Positions 9,431-18,790 of a stretch of 56,518 bases of DNA are shown one piece after another. The stretch's first letter is position 1. Each line of letters begins with the position of its first letter. A program made the translations under genes and the position numbers. Below the pieces are notes generated by a model. The model saw only the letters and a program-made list of their open reading frames with translations, was not told the DNA's origin and ran no database searches. The DNA comes from Verrucomicrobiota bacterium (GTDB lineage Bacteria; Verrucomicrobiota; Verrucomicrobiia; Limisphaerales; RI-55): the NCBI GenBank assembly GCA_041689265.1, contig JBDNGP010000160.1:1-56518 (forward strand), read 5' to 3'.

Positions 9431-11656
9431 CTAATTTTCAATCCTGACCATTGCGTTGTAATCGGGCACGCCTCCCAACGAATCCACTTTTCCGCCGGCC
9501 AGCAGGACGTTGCCTTCGGGCCAGTGGACCTGGAGGTTGCGCCGTGCGATGGCGCAGGGGAAAACCCGGCCGGTGTAAGTTCCCTGATTGTTCGTCAACA
9601 CGATCCGGTCATTCCGAATCAAGCCCAGCTCGGTGGCGTCCTGAGAGTTGATGAACACCGCATCGCGGTCGGCGCCGGTGAGCGGATCGGTCTCGGCGTA
9701 GATCAAAGTATTGAACTGCTTGCCGCGACGCGTGCTGACCATGAACTCGCCTTCGCCCGGGATCTCCTTCGGCAGATCAACAACCCGGAAATGCGCCTTC
9801 CCATCCGGCGTTTGACAGTGACCGCTCTCGCAAAGATGCGGGCCGCCGTATTGAAACTGTTCGCCGCTCTTCGTCAGCTTTTGAACCCCGTCATAGAACG
9901 GCACCACCCTGGCGATTTCATCGCGGATGGCTTGACCGGTTTCACATTTCAACTTGTGCGCCGCGTCCTGTTTTACGGCGATGGCGATGTCACGAAGGAT
10001 TTTCCATTCGGCGCGCGCTGAACCGATTTCATCTTCACTACGCGGCAGTTCCGGGGAGAAAATGATCCGGCGTTCGGTGGTCGTTTCCGTGCCGCCATCG
10101 TCCTGTTCGTAACGCGTTTTCGCCGGCAGCAGAATCACTTCCTCGTTCGGTTCGATGAACATCTGGTCGGTAAGAATGATGTCCTGATGGACGCGCAGAG
10201 GAATGCCTTTCAGCGCCGCAACGACCGCGTCCGGATCGGGCAATGTGCGGAGAAAATTCCCGCCGAGGCAGTACAACATGTCGAGCTCACCGCGCGCTCC
10301 CGCCTCGACCATCTCCGTGCTGGTCAGACCGGGCCCGGTCGGAACGGGAAATTCGTAGTGTGCCTCGAGCGCGGTTGCATTGTCGGCGTTGATCGGTTTC
10401 CCGCCGGGAAACGCCGTTGCGTAAGCACCCATTTCTGCGCCGCCCTGAACGCCGCTGTGACCGCGGATGGGCATCAGCCCGCATTTGTCGCGACCGAGAT
10501 ACCCCTGCGACAGGCCGAGATTCAAAATCATCGACACCGCATCGCCCCCATACGTGTGCTGGGTGATGCCCATGCTCCAGATGAGTACGGCCGACTTGGC
10601 ATCACGGATCAGCGCGGCGAACTCTTCAAGATCAGCAACGGTCATTCCCGACTGGCCAGCCATGTCCTCGAGTAAAAGTTCGCCGACTCGTTCCTTGAGA
10701 TTCTCGAATTCGCTGGTGCGCTCGCGTATAAATTTTTCGTCCAGCCAGTTGCGTTCGATCAAGATTTTCAACACACCGTAAAGAAACGGGATGTCGCCGC
10801 CCTGCGAAACGGGAAACCAGTAGTCAGCAATGTCCGTTCCGAACAGTGCGCTAGCGGTGTTGCTGGGAACCCAGTAACGCCGCATACCGGGTTCGAGATA
10901 TGGATTTATCATCACGACCTTCGTGCCGTGGCGTTTGGCCTCGTGCAAATATTTCGTGGTGACCGGTTGGTCGTTGGCGGGATTCGATCCGAAGAAGATC
11001 AACAAGTCAGTGCCGAACCAGTCCTTGTAACTGCACGTGCTGGCGGCAACTCCGAGCGCATACTTCATCGCTCCCGTGCTCGGCGAATGGCAGAGGCGGG
11101 CGGCGTTGTCGACGTTGTTGGTGCCGAGAAACCTCGCCGCTTTTTGGGCGACGTAGTACACCTCATTCGTGATCCCGCGTGACGTGAGAAAAAACGCGAT
11201 GCGACTCGCGTCGCTGGCTTTGATGCGGTCGGCGATGCGTCGGATGGCATCGTCCCATGAGATTGGTTGAAACCCGTCGTCGCCTTTTTTGCGCAGAAGC
11301 GGGCAGGGGATGCGACCCAGTTCGCGCAGTTCGGCGTTCGACTTGTTTCTCAAGGCCCCGAGGTCTTTCACCAGCTCCGGTTTAAATGCGCGCATGGTGT
11401 TCAGGCGAAGCAGGTTCAACCGCGTCATGCACAGGTGAACGCCGTCGATCGTCCAGTCGTGAAAACCGGCGACGCCGAGTGCGCAGCCGTCGCAAACGCC
11501 GCGGCTCAGCACTTTCCAGGCGTAGCCGAGATTGTCGCGGTTTTGCCAGGCGATCTTGAACATGTCGCGGAAGTGGCGCGGCTTGGTCGCCGTCAGACCG
11601 AAGGGTACGCTTTTCTCGATCCGGTCTTTTGCAGTGTTGGTCAGGCGTCGGCTCAT
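9431..11656 (-). CDS. YdeP/FdhF-like molybdopterin oxidoreductase alpha subunit
   Basis: N-terminus KIAWQNRDNLGYAWKVLSRGVCDGCALG and overall length match the YdeP family (Fdh-alpha-like, TIGR01701). Contains molybdopterin-binding and C-terminal molydop_binding regions. Confidence 0.85.
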   Translation of the reverse strand: MSRRLTNTAKDRIEKSVPFGLTATKPRHFRDMFKIAWQNRDNLGYAWKVLSRGVCDGCALGVAGFHDWTIDGVHLCMTRLNLLRLNTMRAFKPELVKDLGALRNKSNAELRELGRIPCPLLRKKGDDGFQPISWDDAIRRIADRIKASDASRIAFFLTSRGITNEVYYVAQKAARFLGTNNVDNAARLCHSPSTGAMKYALGVAASTCSYKDWFGTDLLIFFGSNPANDQPVTTKYLHEAKRHGTKVVMINPYLEPGMRRYWVPSNTASALFGTDIADYWFPVSQGGDIPFLYGVLKILIERNWLDEKFIRERTSEFENLKERVGELLLEDMAGQSGMTVADLEEFAALIRDAKSAVLIWSMGITQHTYGGDAVSMILNLGLSQGYLGRDKCGLMPIRGHSGVQGGAEMGAYATAFPGGKPINADNATALEAHYEFPVPTGPGLTSTEMVEAGARGELDMLYCLGGNFLRTLPDPDAVVAALKGIPLRVHQDIILTDQMFIEPNEEVILLPAKTRYEQDDGGTETTTERRIIFSPELPRSEDEIGSARAEWKILRDIAIAVKQDAAHKLKCETGQAIRDEIARVVPFYDGVQKLTKSGEQFQYGGPHLCESGHCQTPDGKAHFRVVDLPKEIPGEGEFMVSTRRGKQFNTLIYAETDPLTGADRDAVFINSQDATELGLIRNDRIVLTNNQGTYTGRVFPCAIARRNLQVHWPEGNVLLAGGKVDSLGGVPDYNAMVRIEN

Positions 11657-11862
11657 GGAAAGACGGTATGATGGCGGACGCCTCCGGAAGTTCCAACAAA
11701 AACAAAAAGCCCTGGGAATTCACGAGCGCGTCAGAAAAGTGTTTCCAGCAGCTTGCTGGAATAGTTGCGGCCACGAAATCGCCGGAGGCAGGATGCCCCC
11801 GGCACTTTGCCTCCGCCGGCACCACCACTCCGTTTTTGAAGTGGACAATCGGGAACTCCGGG

Positions 11863-13500
11863 ATGATTCGATTGGCTCTCGCCTTCATTGTGTTTGCTTG
11901 TTGCGTTGAGAAGGGAACGGCTGCGACCCGGATCTGGTCCGGAAGCAACACTCCGTATCTGAACAACCCTGCCAACTGGGTCGGTGGAATTGTTCCAGTC
12001 GCCGGTGATTCAATCGAATTTCCGGACGACGCGAGGTTCACGACGGTCATCAACGATCTGGACGGGGAGGGTCGGCCATCATTCAGCATGCGGTCCATCA
12101 TCTTCAAGGGATACAACTATACGCTCCGGGGGCGCCCGCTTTTTCTTCAGGGTGGCATTCAGAGCCTGTACAGCCGGGCCACGATCCGCATCGAGTGCGA
12201 CGTCAATATCAACCCTTTGTATCCTCCATATGGAGTCAGCAATTATGGCTACTTCGGCCATTTGGAGATTGCTGGAAGATTTGAAGTGGGAACAAACCCT
12301 CTCCTGCTTAACACGAGTTCGACCATCCTGATCACAGGGCGACTGATTTCTCCACTTGGCGCATCTGTGACCAAGACCCAGTCCGGAGTGGTTACGTTTA
12401 ACGGGAGCGGCTTGATGATGGGAAAAATCTTCGTGGAGGGAGGCACTTTGATCATTCCGAACGAAACACCGCATGATTATCTGAGCGGAAGCCTCACGAT
12501 CGGTAATGACACCGATCCACCTGGAACCGCCCGGGTCCGCTGGGACGGTACGCAGCGTGTCAATGACCAGCTGGCGGTCACGATCAATCGTTCGGGGGTC
12601 ATGGACTTGAAGGGCCCGGTTGATTCACTGGGCATCAGCGTCGCAGTCGCCAACATCCGGGGAGACGGCGTGATCAATCTAAACGCGGCGGAACTGGTGC
12701 TGACCCTTGATCGTTTTACGTCCTCATTTTCCGGCGTCGTGACCGGGACCGGCGGGCTGCGGCTCGGCGGGGATTACGGCGGGCTGGAACTGACCGGCCA
12801 CAATCCGTTCGAGGGGGTGATCCATACGACCGGAAACACGACGTTGCGGCTTTTCGGCAGCGCCAGCAACGCGGCGGTCGTGCTGGATCCGGGCACGTCC
12901 CTGCGTGGGGGCGGTGTCGCGAAAAGTCTGGTCGCCACGGCGGCGACGGTTTTTCCCGGACCGGGCAAACTGCGGATTCTGGAGTCGTGTTCGCTGAACC
13001 AGGATTCATCGATGAGTTTCGTGCTCGATGGTCCGGCTGCTTCGATGATCGAAACAGGCGCGCTGGATCTGGGGAACTGCCGGCTGGAATTCATTTACAC
13101 GAACACGGACGAAACCAATATGTACACGCTGATTTCGGCAGCCACATCCGCCGGGGCAACCTTCCGGGACGCTCCCGAGGGGGCGTGGTTGTTTGGAGTC
13201 GCCGCCGAAGAAGTAAACGAATTTCAACTGACCTATTCGGGCACCGGCCGATACGATGTACTGCTCGAACGATTTGGTGTGTTTGAGCCGCCGCGCCTTC
13301 GTGTCAGCCGGCTTCCGGACAACCAGCATATCATTGCCTGGCCTCTTTCCGCGCGTGGTTACTCGTTACAACGTTCTCTCTCGATCATTTTGCCGGACTG
13401 GGGCGTGGGTGGTGGATTTCAGGTTTCCACCTCGGCCACGGAACATTTCGTCATCGGTGACGCGGACAACGACGGTGTTTTTTACCGCTTGAAACGATGA
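11863..13500 (+). CDS. secreted protein of autotransporter-associated beta-strand repeats (Verrucomicrobia-type) with C-terminal RFYRL domain
   Basis: Signal peptide MIRLALAFIVFACCVEKGTAA. Repeated G-rich beta-strand units (TGTGGLRLGGDYGGLELTG ; GGGVAKSLVATAATVFPGPGKL). Ends ...VFYRLKR. Confidence 0.7.
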   Translation: MIRLALAFIVFACCVEKGTAATRIWSGSNTPYLNNPANWVGGIVPVAGDSIEFPDDARFTTVINDLDGEGRPSFSMRSIIFKGYNYTLRGRPLFLQGGIQSLYSRATIRIECDVNINPLYPPYGVSNYGYFGHLEIAGRFEVGTNPLLLNTSSTILITGRLISPLGASVTKTQSGVVTFNGSGLMMGKIFVEGGTLIIPNETPHDYLSGSLTIGNDTDPPGTARVRWDGTQRVNDQLAVTINRSGVMDLKGPVDSLGISVAVANIRGDGVINLNAAELVLTLDRFTSSFSGVVTGTGGLRLGGDYGGLELTGHNPFEGVIHTTGNTTLRLFGSASNAAVVLDPGTSLRGGGVAKSLVATAATVFPGPGKLRILESCSLNQDSSMSFVLDGPAASMIETGALDLGNCRLEFIYTNTDETNMYTLISAATSAGATFRDAPEGAWLFGVAAEEVNEFQLTYSGTGRYDVLLERFGVFEPPRLRVSRLPDNQHIIAWPLSARGYSLQRSLSIILPDWGVGGGFQVSTSATEHFVIGDADNDGVFYRLKR

Positions 13501-13515
13501 CCCCGTTCCGCCGGG

Positions 13516-13719
13516 TCAGCCTGAGAAACCGAAGCCCTTGGACGAGCCGACGTGGTTGTCGATGTCGCGTTTCAAGTTGGAGTAGTCGTCGTCCGAAATG
13601 ATGTTGTTCGCCCGGAGATGCTTCAGATAGTTCTGCGCATCGCTCTCGTCGTTCACACGGATGCTGACCAGCGCCCGCTTCCGGATGAACTCGAGTTTCG
13701 CCTTCACCACCTCGCTCAT
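13516..13719 (-). CDS. hypothetical small protein
   Basis: 67-aa ORF in the convergent gap, with a GGAGGA about 20 nt upstream. No family recognised. Confidence 0.25.
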   Translation of the reverse strand: MSEVVKAKLEFIRKRALVSIRVNDESDAQNYLKHLRANNIISDDDYSNLKRDIDNHVGSSKGFGFSG

Positions 13720-13990
13720 GAAACCCCGGATTTCATCCTCCCGTTTTCTACTGTAGGAGAAATAGAGGGACCGGTCGGCGGCCGGGCAAGGCGGATATCA
13801 CACGAGTTCGCGCGGTGCAAGGAATCCGTCCGCGTCGGGTGCGTTTGAATGTGGGAGTCAACCGGATGCCGAAAGGTGGGGCGACGGAAGCCGACCTTCG
13901 GCCTCCGAACGAGCCTGCGATGTCTTGGGGGAATCTCTTAATCCTGTTCCGTTCCGCATGGCAGAAGGCGGCGAACCGCCGGAGGGCTTG

Positions 13991-14075
13991 GGGCACGGGC
14001 GAGAGAAGGCCGGAGAATTGAGCACGCCCCCCTGCGCTCAAAGTTCGTTCGGAGAACTCACTCCACCTTGCCCCA
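13991..14075. repeat. dispersed repeat copy A (core GCTCAARGTTCGTTCGGAGAACTCACYCCACCTT)
   Basis: The core is near-identical to 35225..35259, and the flanks are similar (GGGCGAGA...CCGG...GAG). A partial copy lies at 25347..25374. Confidence 0.6.
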
Positions 14076-14166
14076 CACTTTCAAACACCCCGTCCGCGTC
14101 GCTGGAAATGTGCTGGGTCGCACTGTCGGTTGGATAACACTTTTCCGGGCTGCCTTGACTGGCTGT

Positions 14167-17100
14167 TCAGCGAGACGCGCTGTAGTGCCAGAAGTGGAGC
14201 TCGATGTCGTTCAGTTCATCGACGTCCATCACGAGTGTGCCGACGGAGATGGTGGGAATCTCCAACACCCAACCGGTGGCCGCAACGCTGCGTTCCTTAA
14301 ATTCCACGATCTCGCCGGCGGCAGGAACGGAACCGTTGTCCGCGATGACGTCCAATGCCACCCCGTTGACCTTGAGGTTCTCCTTGAAGTTCCAGCGGTT
14401 CAATCCGCCGGCCGTGTCAAAGAACCAGACCCGCGTGCTGTAGGGTGTCATTTCACCAACGAGCTGATCCGGTCGCCCGGGGTCCAGTGTGCCAACCTGC
14501 GCATTACGGATGAAGCTGGTTCCGCCGTAGGTGAGGTTGCCGGAAATCTGGGCCTGACCCAGCGTGTGATTGCCCGGCAGACGGATGCTGATCGAGCGGA
14601 TCTTGTCCAGGTAACGTCCGGTGCTGGGGATGGGATTGCCGTCCGGATCGTAGTTGGGACCCTGGAAGAAAAAGCCGCCCGCCTTCTGGCGCACGGTGCT
14701 GAAGTTCAGCCCGACGGTTCCCTGGCCGTCCTGAAGTTGATGCAAGCGGCTGCGGAACGCGGCCACGGCGGAGACCTGCTGACCGGTGACGGGATCGGGG
14801 TAAAGGAGCGCCTGACCGAAGCGGTTCGTTTTCACATAACCGAAGAAATCCTCGCGCACGGAAAACATGTCGCGGCGCTCGGGGTCTCCCAGGTTCTTCA
14901 GTTGATCGAACTGGTCCATCGCGAAGTAAAAATCTTCCAGCTCCCGGGCGTTGCGAAGTTTGAAAATGGATTCCGGCGTGTATTGCTCGTAAATGAACGG
15001 GATGTTGTGTTTGTACTGCAACGCCCGGACCGTGAAGTACAGCCATTTTTGTGCGGTCTGAAACGAGATTTCCGCACTAAGCATGTTCGTCTGCATGACC
15101 TGCCGGTGAATGGGGTCGGCAAAAAAACGGGCGGCGAGAGCTTCGTCCTGCTCCGCGATTTCGCGTTCGAGATCCCTCTTCTCACGGTAAAGTCCGGCGA
15201 ACCGGTTGGCCTCCTGGGTGAGCAACAGCGCCGCCTCCATGGAATCGACGGCAAGTGTGTTCAGTTGCAGCAGGAGGTTCTTGATCATGGCGTCGGAATT
15301 GACGCCGTCGATCTCCGCACTTTCCATTGCCGCCAGCCGTTCCTTCTGCGCGTTCAACTGCGCCTTGTCCAGCTCGGTGATGGTCTGCACTCCGAAATTG
15401 AACGCGATGGCGATGGACGCACCGCTGATCAAATTCGCCGGGTTGAAGTAGTCCGTCAGCTGATCGGCGGTGGCCTGGGTGGCCTCGATCTCCCCGATCT
15501 TTTGCTCGATGCTTGCCCGTTCGTTGCCGTAACGGATGTAAACTTCGGAGGCGTTGGCGGCCCGGTCACGTTCGATCCGCACCTGCTTCCGCACATTCTG
15601 GATCTCCGTTTTGTTCTTCAGAATTCTCAACCTCGCGGCCTGGATGCTCCGATACTGTTGTTCCAGTTCGCTGCCCGGATGCCGCGTTGGATCGTCGCCG
15701 TAGTCGGGTGAGTCGGGAAACACGCCGACGATGTCGCGCAGCCGGTCCCGGTAGGTGATCGAGGAACCGCTGAAATTGGCGGCCAGTTGATCTTCAAACC
15801 CGCGGAACGAGAGATAGGAATCCTGCGCGGCCTGAAGATCGTCGAGCCCCAACTTGAGCGCGGAGTTTGAACGCGCGGGATCGAGTCGTTCGCGAAAGAT
15901 GTCGTAGGAATGAAACTCCGGCGTGGTCTGCGTTCCGAAGTTTTGGATGTACATCATGAAGTCGGAGGCGAATCCCAGGACATTCGCGTCGCCGGCCAGC
16001 AATTGCTGGAGGCCTTCGAGATCGGTGAGGCTGCCTTCCCATCCGGCGATGGCTTCCGCCAGCCCTGACTCGTCACCGGGCGGGGGCAGGTTGGGAAACA
16101 GGTCCTTCACCAGATGGCCGTGGACGTAAAGATACTGCTGCGCGCCGGTGATCAACGCCCTCACCTGGTCGCGGTCGCTCATCTGATTGCCGGCCGCCGG
16201 ATTGTCCCGGGCAATCATCAACTTACCGACCGTGGCGGCCGTCTGTCCATAGTCCCGCAACTGATCAAACGCCAGCACCGCATCCTTGTAACCGGTGAAC
16301 AGTATTTCCTCGCTTGAAACGGAAACGGAATCCCCGAGCTCGTTCGTGTAGCGCGCGCTCATCAACGCGCGGAACGGGACCCGGTCGCGAAACATCTGAT
16401 AGCCCAGCGGCGGATCAACTGCCGCGCCGAAGTCCTCTCCCAGCAAACTGAGCAAGCCGTCAACCGTCTCACGCTGTTTGGCGAGCGCCTGTTGATACGG
16501 CGGAATCTCCTGGTCGATCACGAATCCGTTCAGCGGTGGATCGATCCCGATGAGCCCGCCGAAATGGGCTTTCTCTGCCGTCGCCAGAAGATCCTTGCCG
16601 AGGATTGTTTCCGCCACCGTCCGATCGTAGTAGATGTCGAGCATCAGGTCGCGAAGTCCGACGTCATCCGGATTTGGCACCAGTCCCTTGGCCAGTTCCG
16701 ACTCGGCATAAGCCGCCCGCGCACGTTCCGCTTCACCATAGAGGGTGTTCATCAGCTCGGTGCGGGAACGCATTTTCAAATCCTCTTTTCCATAGAGCAA
16801 ATCCTTGTAGCGGAACGCGGCGGAGTCCTTGTTAAGATTGCCCGAATCCTTCGCCGCCGTGTAGTCGGTCAGCTTGCGGACAAACTGCGCCACCGCACCG
16901 GCATCCGAATAATCGAGCGCCCACACATGCACTGGCTCGACATCGTCATTGGGGGAAACGTAAAAGCTTATGATGAGATGCACGCCGTCGAAGCCGATGC
17001 CCGTTACGCTGTTGTAGATGCTTTCGACTTCATAATCATGCTGGACCATCGGCACCCAACCGTCCGCGCCATCTTTCGAGAATGCCAGGTAGGAAGCAAA

Positions 17101-18771
17101 GTAACGCTGTGGATTGATCCCGGTTTCCGAGCTTCGATTGAATCCGGCGAATACAGTTCCATCGTGAATGGCGACCTTGCCTCCGAAGTTGGCCACCGTC
17201 GCGTAATTTGAACCGGGATTCAGAACCGATTCTTTCGCCCAGGCGGTTCCCGTCCGCCGAAAGACAGATACCGCCCCGGCGCGCTGGCTGCCTCCGGAGG
17301 GAGTTCCAACTATGGCCAGGTCGCCGCTGACGTCCACTCCTTGAACGGACATGTACTGGCTCGGACTGGTCGCCGTCGCCGGATTCAACACATCCTGCTG
17401 CGACCATGTGGCCCCGTCGCGGACCCAGACAAAAGCAAGGCCCGACGTCGGGTCCGCCAGACTTTCGTAATACAGCGACCCGACCACGATGTTATCCCCG
17501 TCGATCGCCACGTTGTAGCCGTAGTAGTTGTTAAATCCGGGCACCGCCGCCGTCAATTTCTGCTGCTGGTTCCAGGCATCTCCATCGCGGGTGAAGACAT
17601 ACGCGGCACCGGAATAGTCATTGTCGCCATACGCCCCCACGACCATCGTGTCGCCGCTGATGTCCACGCTGGCACCGAAGTTTGCTCCCGAAGAGTCGTC
17701 GGCGGCCCGGGCAACGCCCGTCAACGGCCAGATCGAAACCAGCTCGGCCTGCACGGCGCGCGTCGAGACGCCGGTGCCGGTGCCGAACGCATTCCATCCC
17801 TGGTCCACCGGATCGGGATCGGCCGGGTTGCCGGCGTCGCCCGCATCGTAGGAGGCCAGGATCTGGTTGCCCTCATGCACGAGGAATTCGACCTTGTTGT
17901 AGGTCACGCTGCCCCGGCCTCCGCTGGACCCCGCGCCAAACCGGAGCCCGTTCAATCCGGCGACCGCCGTGGGGCTCCACGGCGCTGAATTCATTTTCAC
18001 GCCGTCGAAATGGTAGTCCGCCGTTTGCGTCACTGGATCGAAGATGATCTGATGCGTGTGGTAGGCGCCCCACCCGGCACCGTTGGTGGTCAGGGTCAGG
18101 GTCTCCAGTCCGGACAGTTGAACCGTCAGATCCTTGTTGTCATCGAGATCAAAAAAGATCAGGAACCTCCGGTCGTTGGTATCGGCGAAATCAAAATACA
18201 GCGAAGCGGAATCACCGAAATTATCGTTCATCCGGGAGACCACTGTCAGCGTCCAAACTTCGTTGGTCGCGAGATCAAGTTGTTCCGGAGTGAATGGCAG
18301 GAGATACCCGAACGTGGAGCCTGAAACCTGGCTCGTATCGGTCACGTTCCAGCCGTTCAACGCGGACTGTTCATCACCTTTCGCCTGGAAAACATAAACG
18401 GCACCATTGCCGGTGGCCTGTCCCGCAGTAATGGTTCCGTTGTGCGCGGCCAGTGAATCCTCGGCAGCCTGCCATGTAAAATCAGAGCCCCCCTGGAATT
18501 CCCATTCGCCGTTGACCAGCCGGTAGCCGTCGAGCCGTTTGTTGCCGGCCACCACCGCGTATTCACCTTCGATTGCCGCGCTTTGACCGGCGCCAATCGC
18601 GTCGGGTGCCGTGTTGTTGAACGCGGCCTTTTCCTTGAGAAGCTCTGCGGGATAAGGCTGTGCCTGAAGTGTCAGGCAACCGAGCACCGCAGCTGCCGCC
18701 AACAGAATCGTGCGCTGATAAAAATTTATGCCCGCGCCGGTCCGGATCGAATTGCAATTGAGTGTCTTCAT
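14167..18771 (-). CDS. giant secreted multidomain protein (ConA/LamG-like lectin domain, FG-GAP-like beta-propeller repeats, ~800-aa alpha-helical region, C-terminal beta-rich domain)
   Basis: Signal peptide after the Met at 18771 (MKTLNCNSIRTGAGINFYQRTILLAAAAVLGCLTLQA). LamG-like segment (YHTHQIIFDPVTQTADYHFDGVKM). FG-GAP-like repeats (GASVDISGDTMVVGAYGDNDYSGAAYVF ; YGYNVAIDGDNIVVGS). Long helical / coiled-coil stretch and a C-terminal beta domain. Confidence 0.7.
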   Translation of the reverse strand: MKTLNCNSIRTGAGINFYQRTILLAAAAVLGCLTLQAQPYPAELLKEKAAFNNTAPDAIGAGQSAAIEGEYAVVAGNKRLDGYRLVNGEWEFQGGSDFTWQAAEDSLAAHNGTITAGQATGNGAVYVFQAKGDEQSALNGWNVTDTSQVSGSTFGYLLPFTPEQLDLATNEVWTLTVVSRMNDNFGDSASLYFDFADTNDRRFLIFFDLDDNKDLTVQLSGLETLTLTTNGAGWGAYHTHQIIFDPVTQTADYHFDGVKMNSAPWSPTAVAGLNGLRFGAGSSGGRGSVTYNKVEFLVHEGNQILASYDAGDAGNPADPDPVDQGWNAFGTGTGVSTRAVQAELVSIWPLTGVARAADDSSGANFGASVDISGDTMVVGAYGDNDYSGAAYVFTRDGDAWNQQQKLTAAVPGFNNYYGYNVAIDGDNIVVGSLYYESLADPTSGLAFVWVRDGATWSQQDVLNPATATSPSQYMSVQGVDVSGDLAIVGTPSGGSQRAGAVSVFRRTGTAWAKESVLNPGSNYATVANFGGKVAIHDGTVFAGFNRSSETGINPQRYFASYLAFSKDGADGWVPMVQHDYEVESIYNSVTGIGFDGVHLIISFYVSPNDDVEPVHVWALDYSDAGAVAQFVRKLTDYTAAKDSGNLNKDSAAFRYKDLLYGKEDLKMRSRTELMNTLYGEAERARAAYAESELAKGLVPNPDDVGLRDLMLDIYYDRTVAETILGKDLLATAEKAHFGGLIGIDPPLNGFVIDQEIPPYQQALAKQRETVDGLLSLLGEDFGAAVDPPLGYQMFRDRVPFRALMSARYTNELGDSVSVSSEEILFTGYKDAVLAFDQLRDYGQTAATVGKLMIARDNPAAGNQMSDRDQVRALITGAQQYLYVHGHLVKDLFPNLPPPGDESGLAEAIAGWEGSLTDLEGLQQLLAGDANVLGFASDFMMYIQNFGTQTTPEFHSYDIFRERLDPARSNSALKLGLDDLQAAQDSYLSFRGFEDQLAANFSGSSITYRDRLRDIVGVFPDSPDYGDDPTRHPGSELEQQYRSIQAARLRILKNKTEIQNVRKQVRIERDRAANASEVYIRYGNERASIEQKIGEIEATQATADQLTDYFNPANLISGASIAIAFNFGVQTITELDKAQLNAQKERLAAMESAEIDGVNSDAMIKNLLLQLNTLAVDSMEAALLLTQEANRFAGLYREKRDLEREIAEQDEALAARFFADPIHRQVMQTNMLSAEISFQTAQKWLYFTVRALQYKHNIPFIYEQYTPESIFKLRNARELEDFYFAMDQFDQLKNLGDPERRDMFSVREDFFGYVKTNRFGQALLYPDPVTGQQVSAVAAFRSRLHQLQDGQGTVGLNFSTVRQKAGGFFFQGPNYDPDGNPIPSTGRYLDKIRSISIRLPGNHTLGQAQISGNLTYGGTSFIRNAQVGTLDPGRPDQLVGEMTPYSTRVWFFDTAGGLNRWNFKENLKVNGVALDVIADNGSVPAAGEIVEFKERSVAATGWVLEIPTISVGTLVMDVDELNDIELHFWHYSASR

Positions 18772-18790
18772 TTCGTTTTGCTCCTTTCGA

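Noticed and set aside
13720-13745. Tiny uORF (MKSGVS) overlapping the start of ORF 13516..13719 via ATGA
   Set aside because: The downstream ORF itself is unsupported, so this is too speculative to call a leader peptide.
14068-15711. 547-aa plus-strand ORF (with several others) inside the 1534-aa minus-strand gene
   Set aside because: Frame shadow of the giant gene. Translation is Gly/Arg/Val-rich without domain signatures.
14167-18771. Calling the 1534-aa protein a Tc-toxin TcA subunit
   Set aside because: The helical shell plus C-terminal beta domain is suggestive. But it is only about 60% of TcA length, no TcB/TcC (RHS) partner gene is nearby, and I cannot confirm a neuraminidase-like or pore-helix region from sequence alone.
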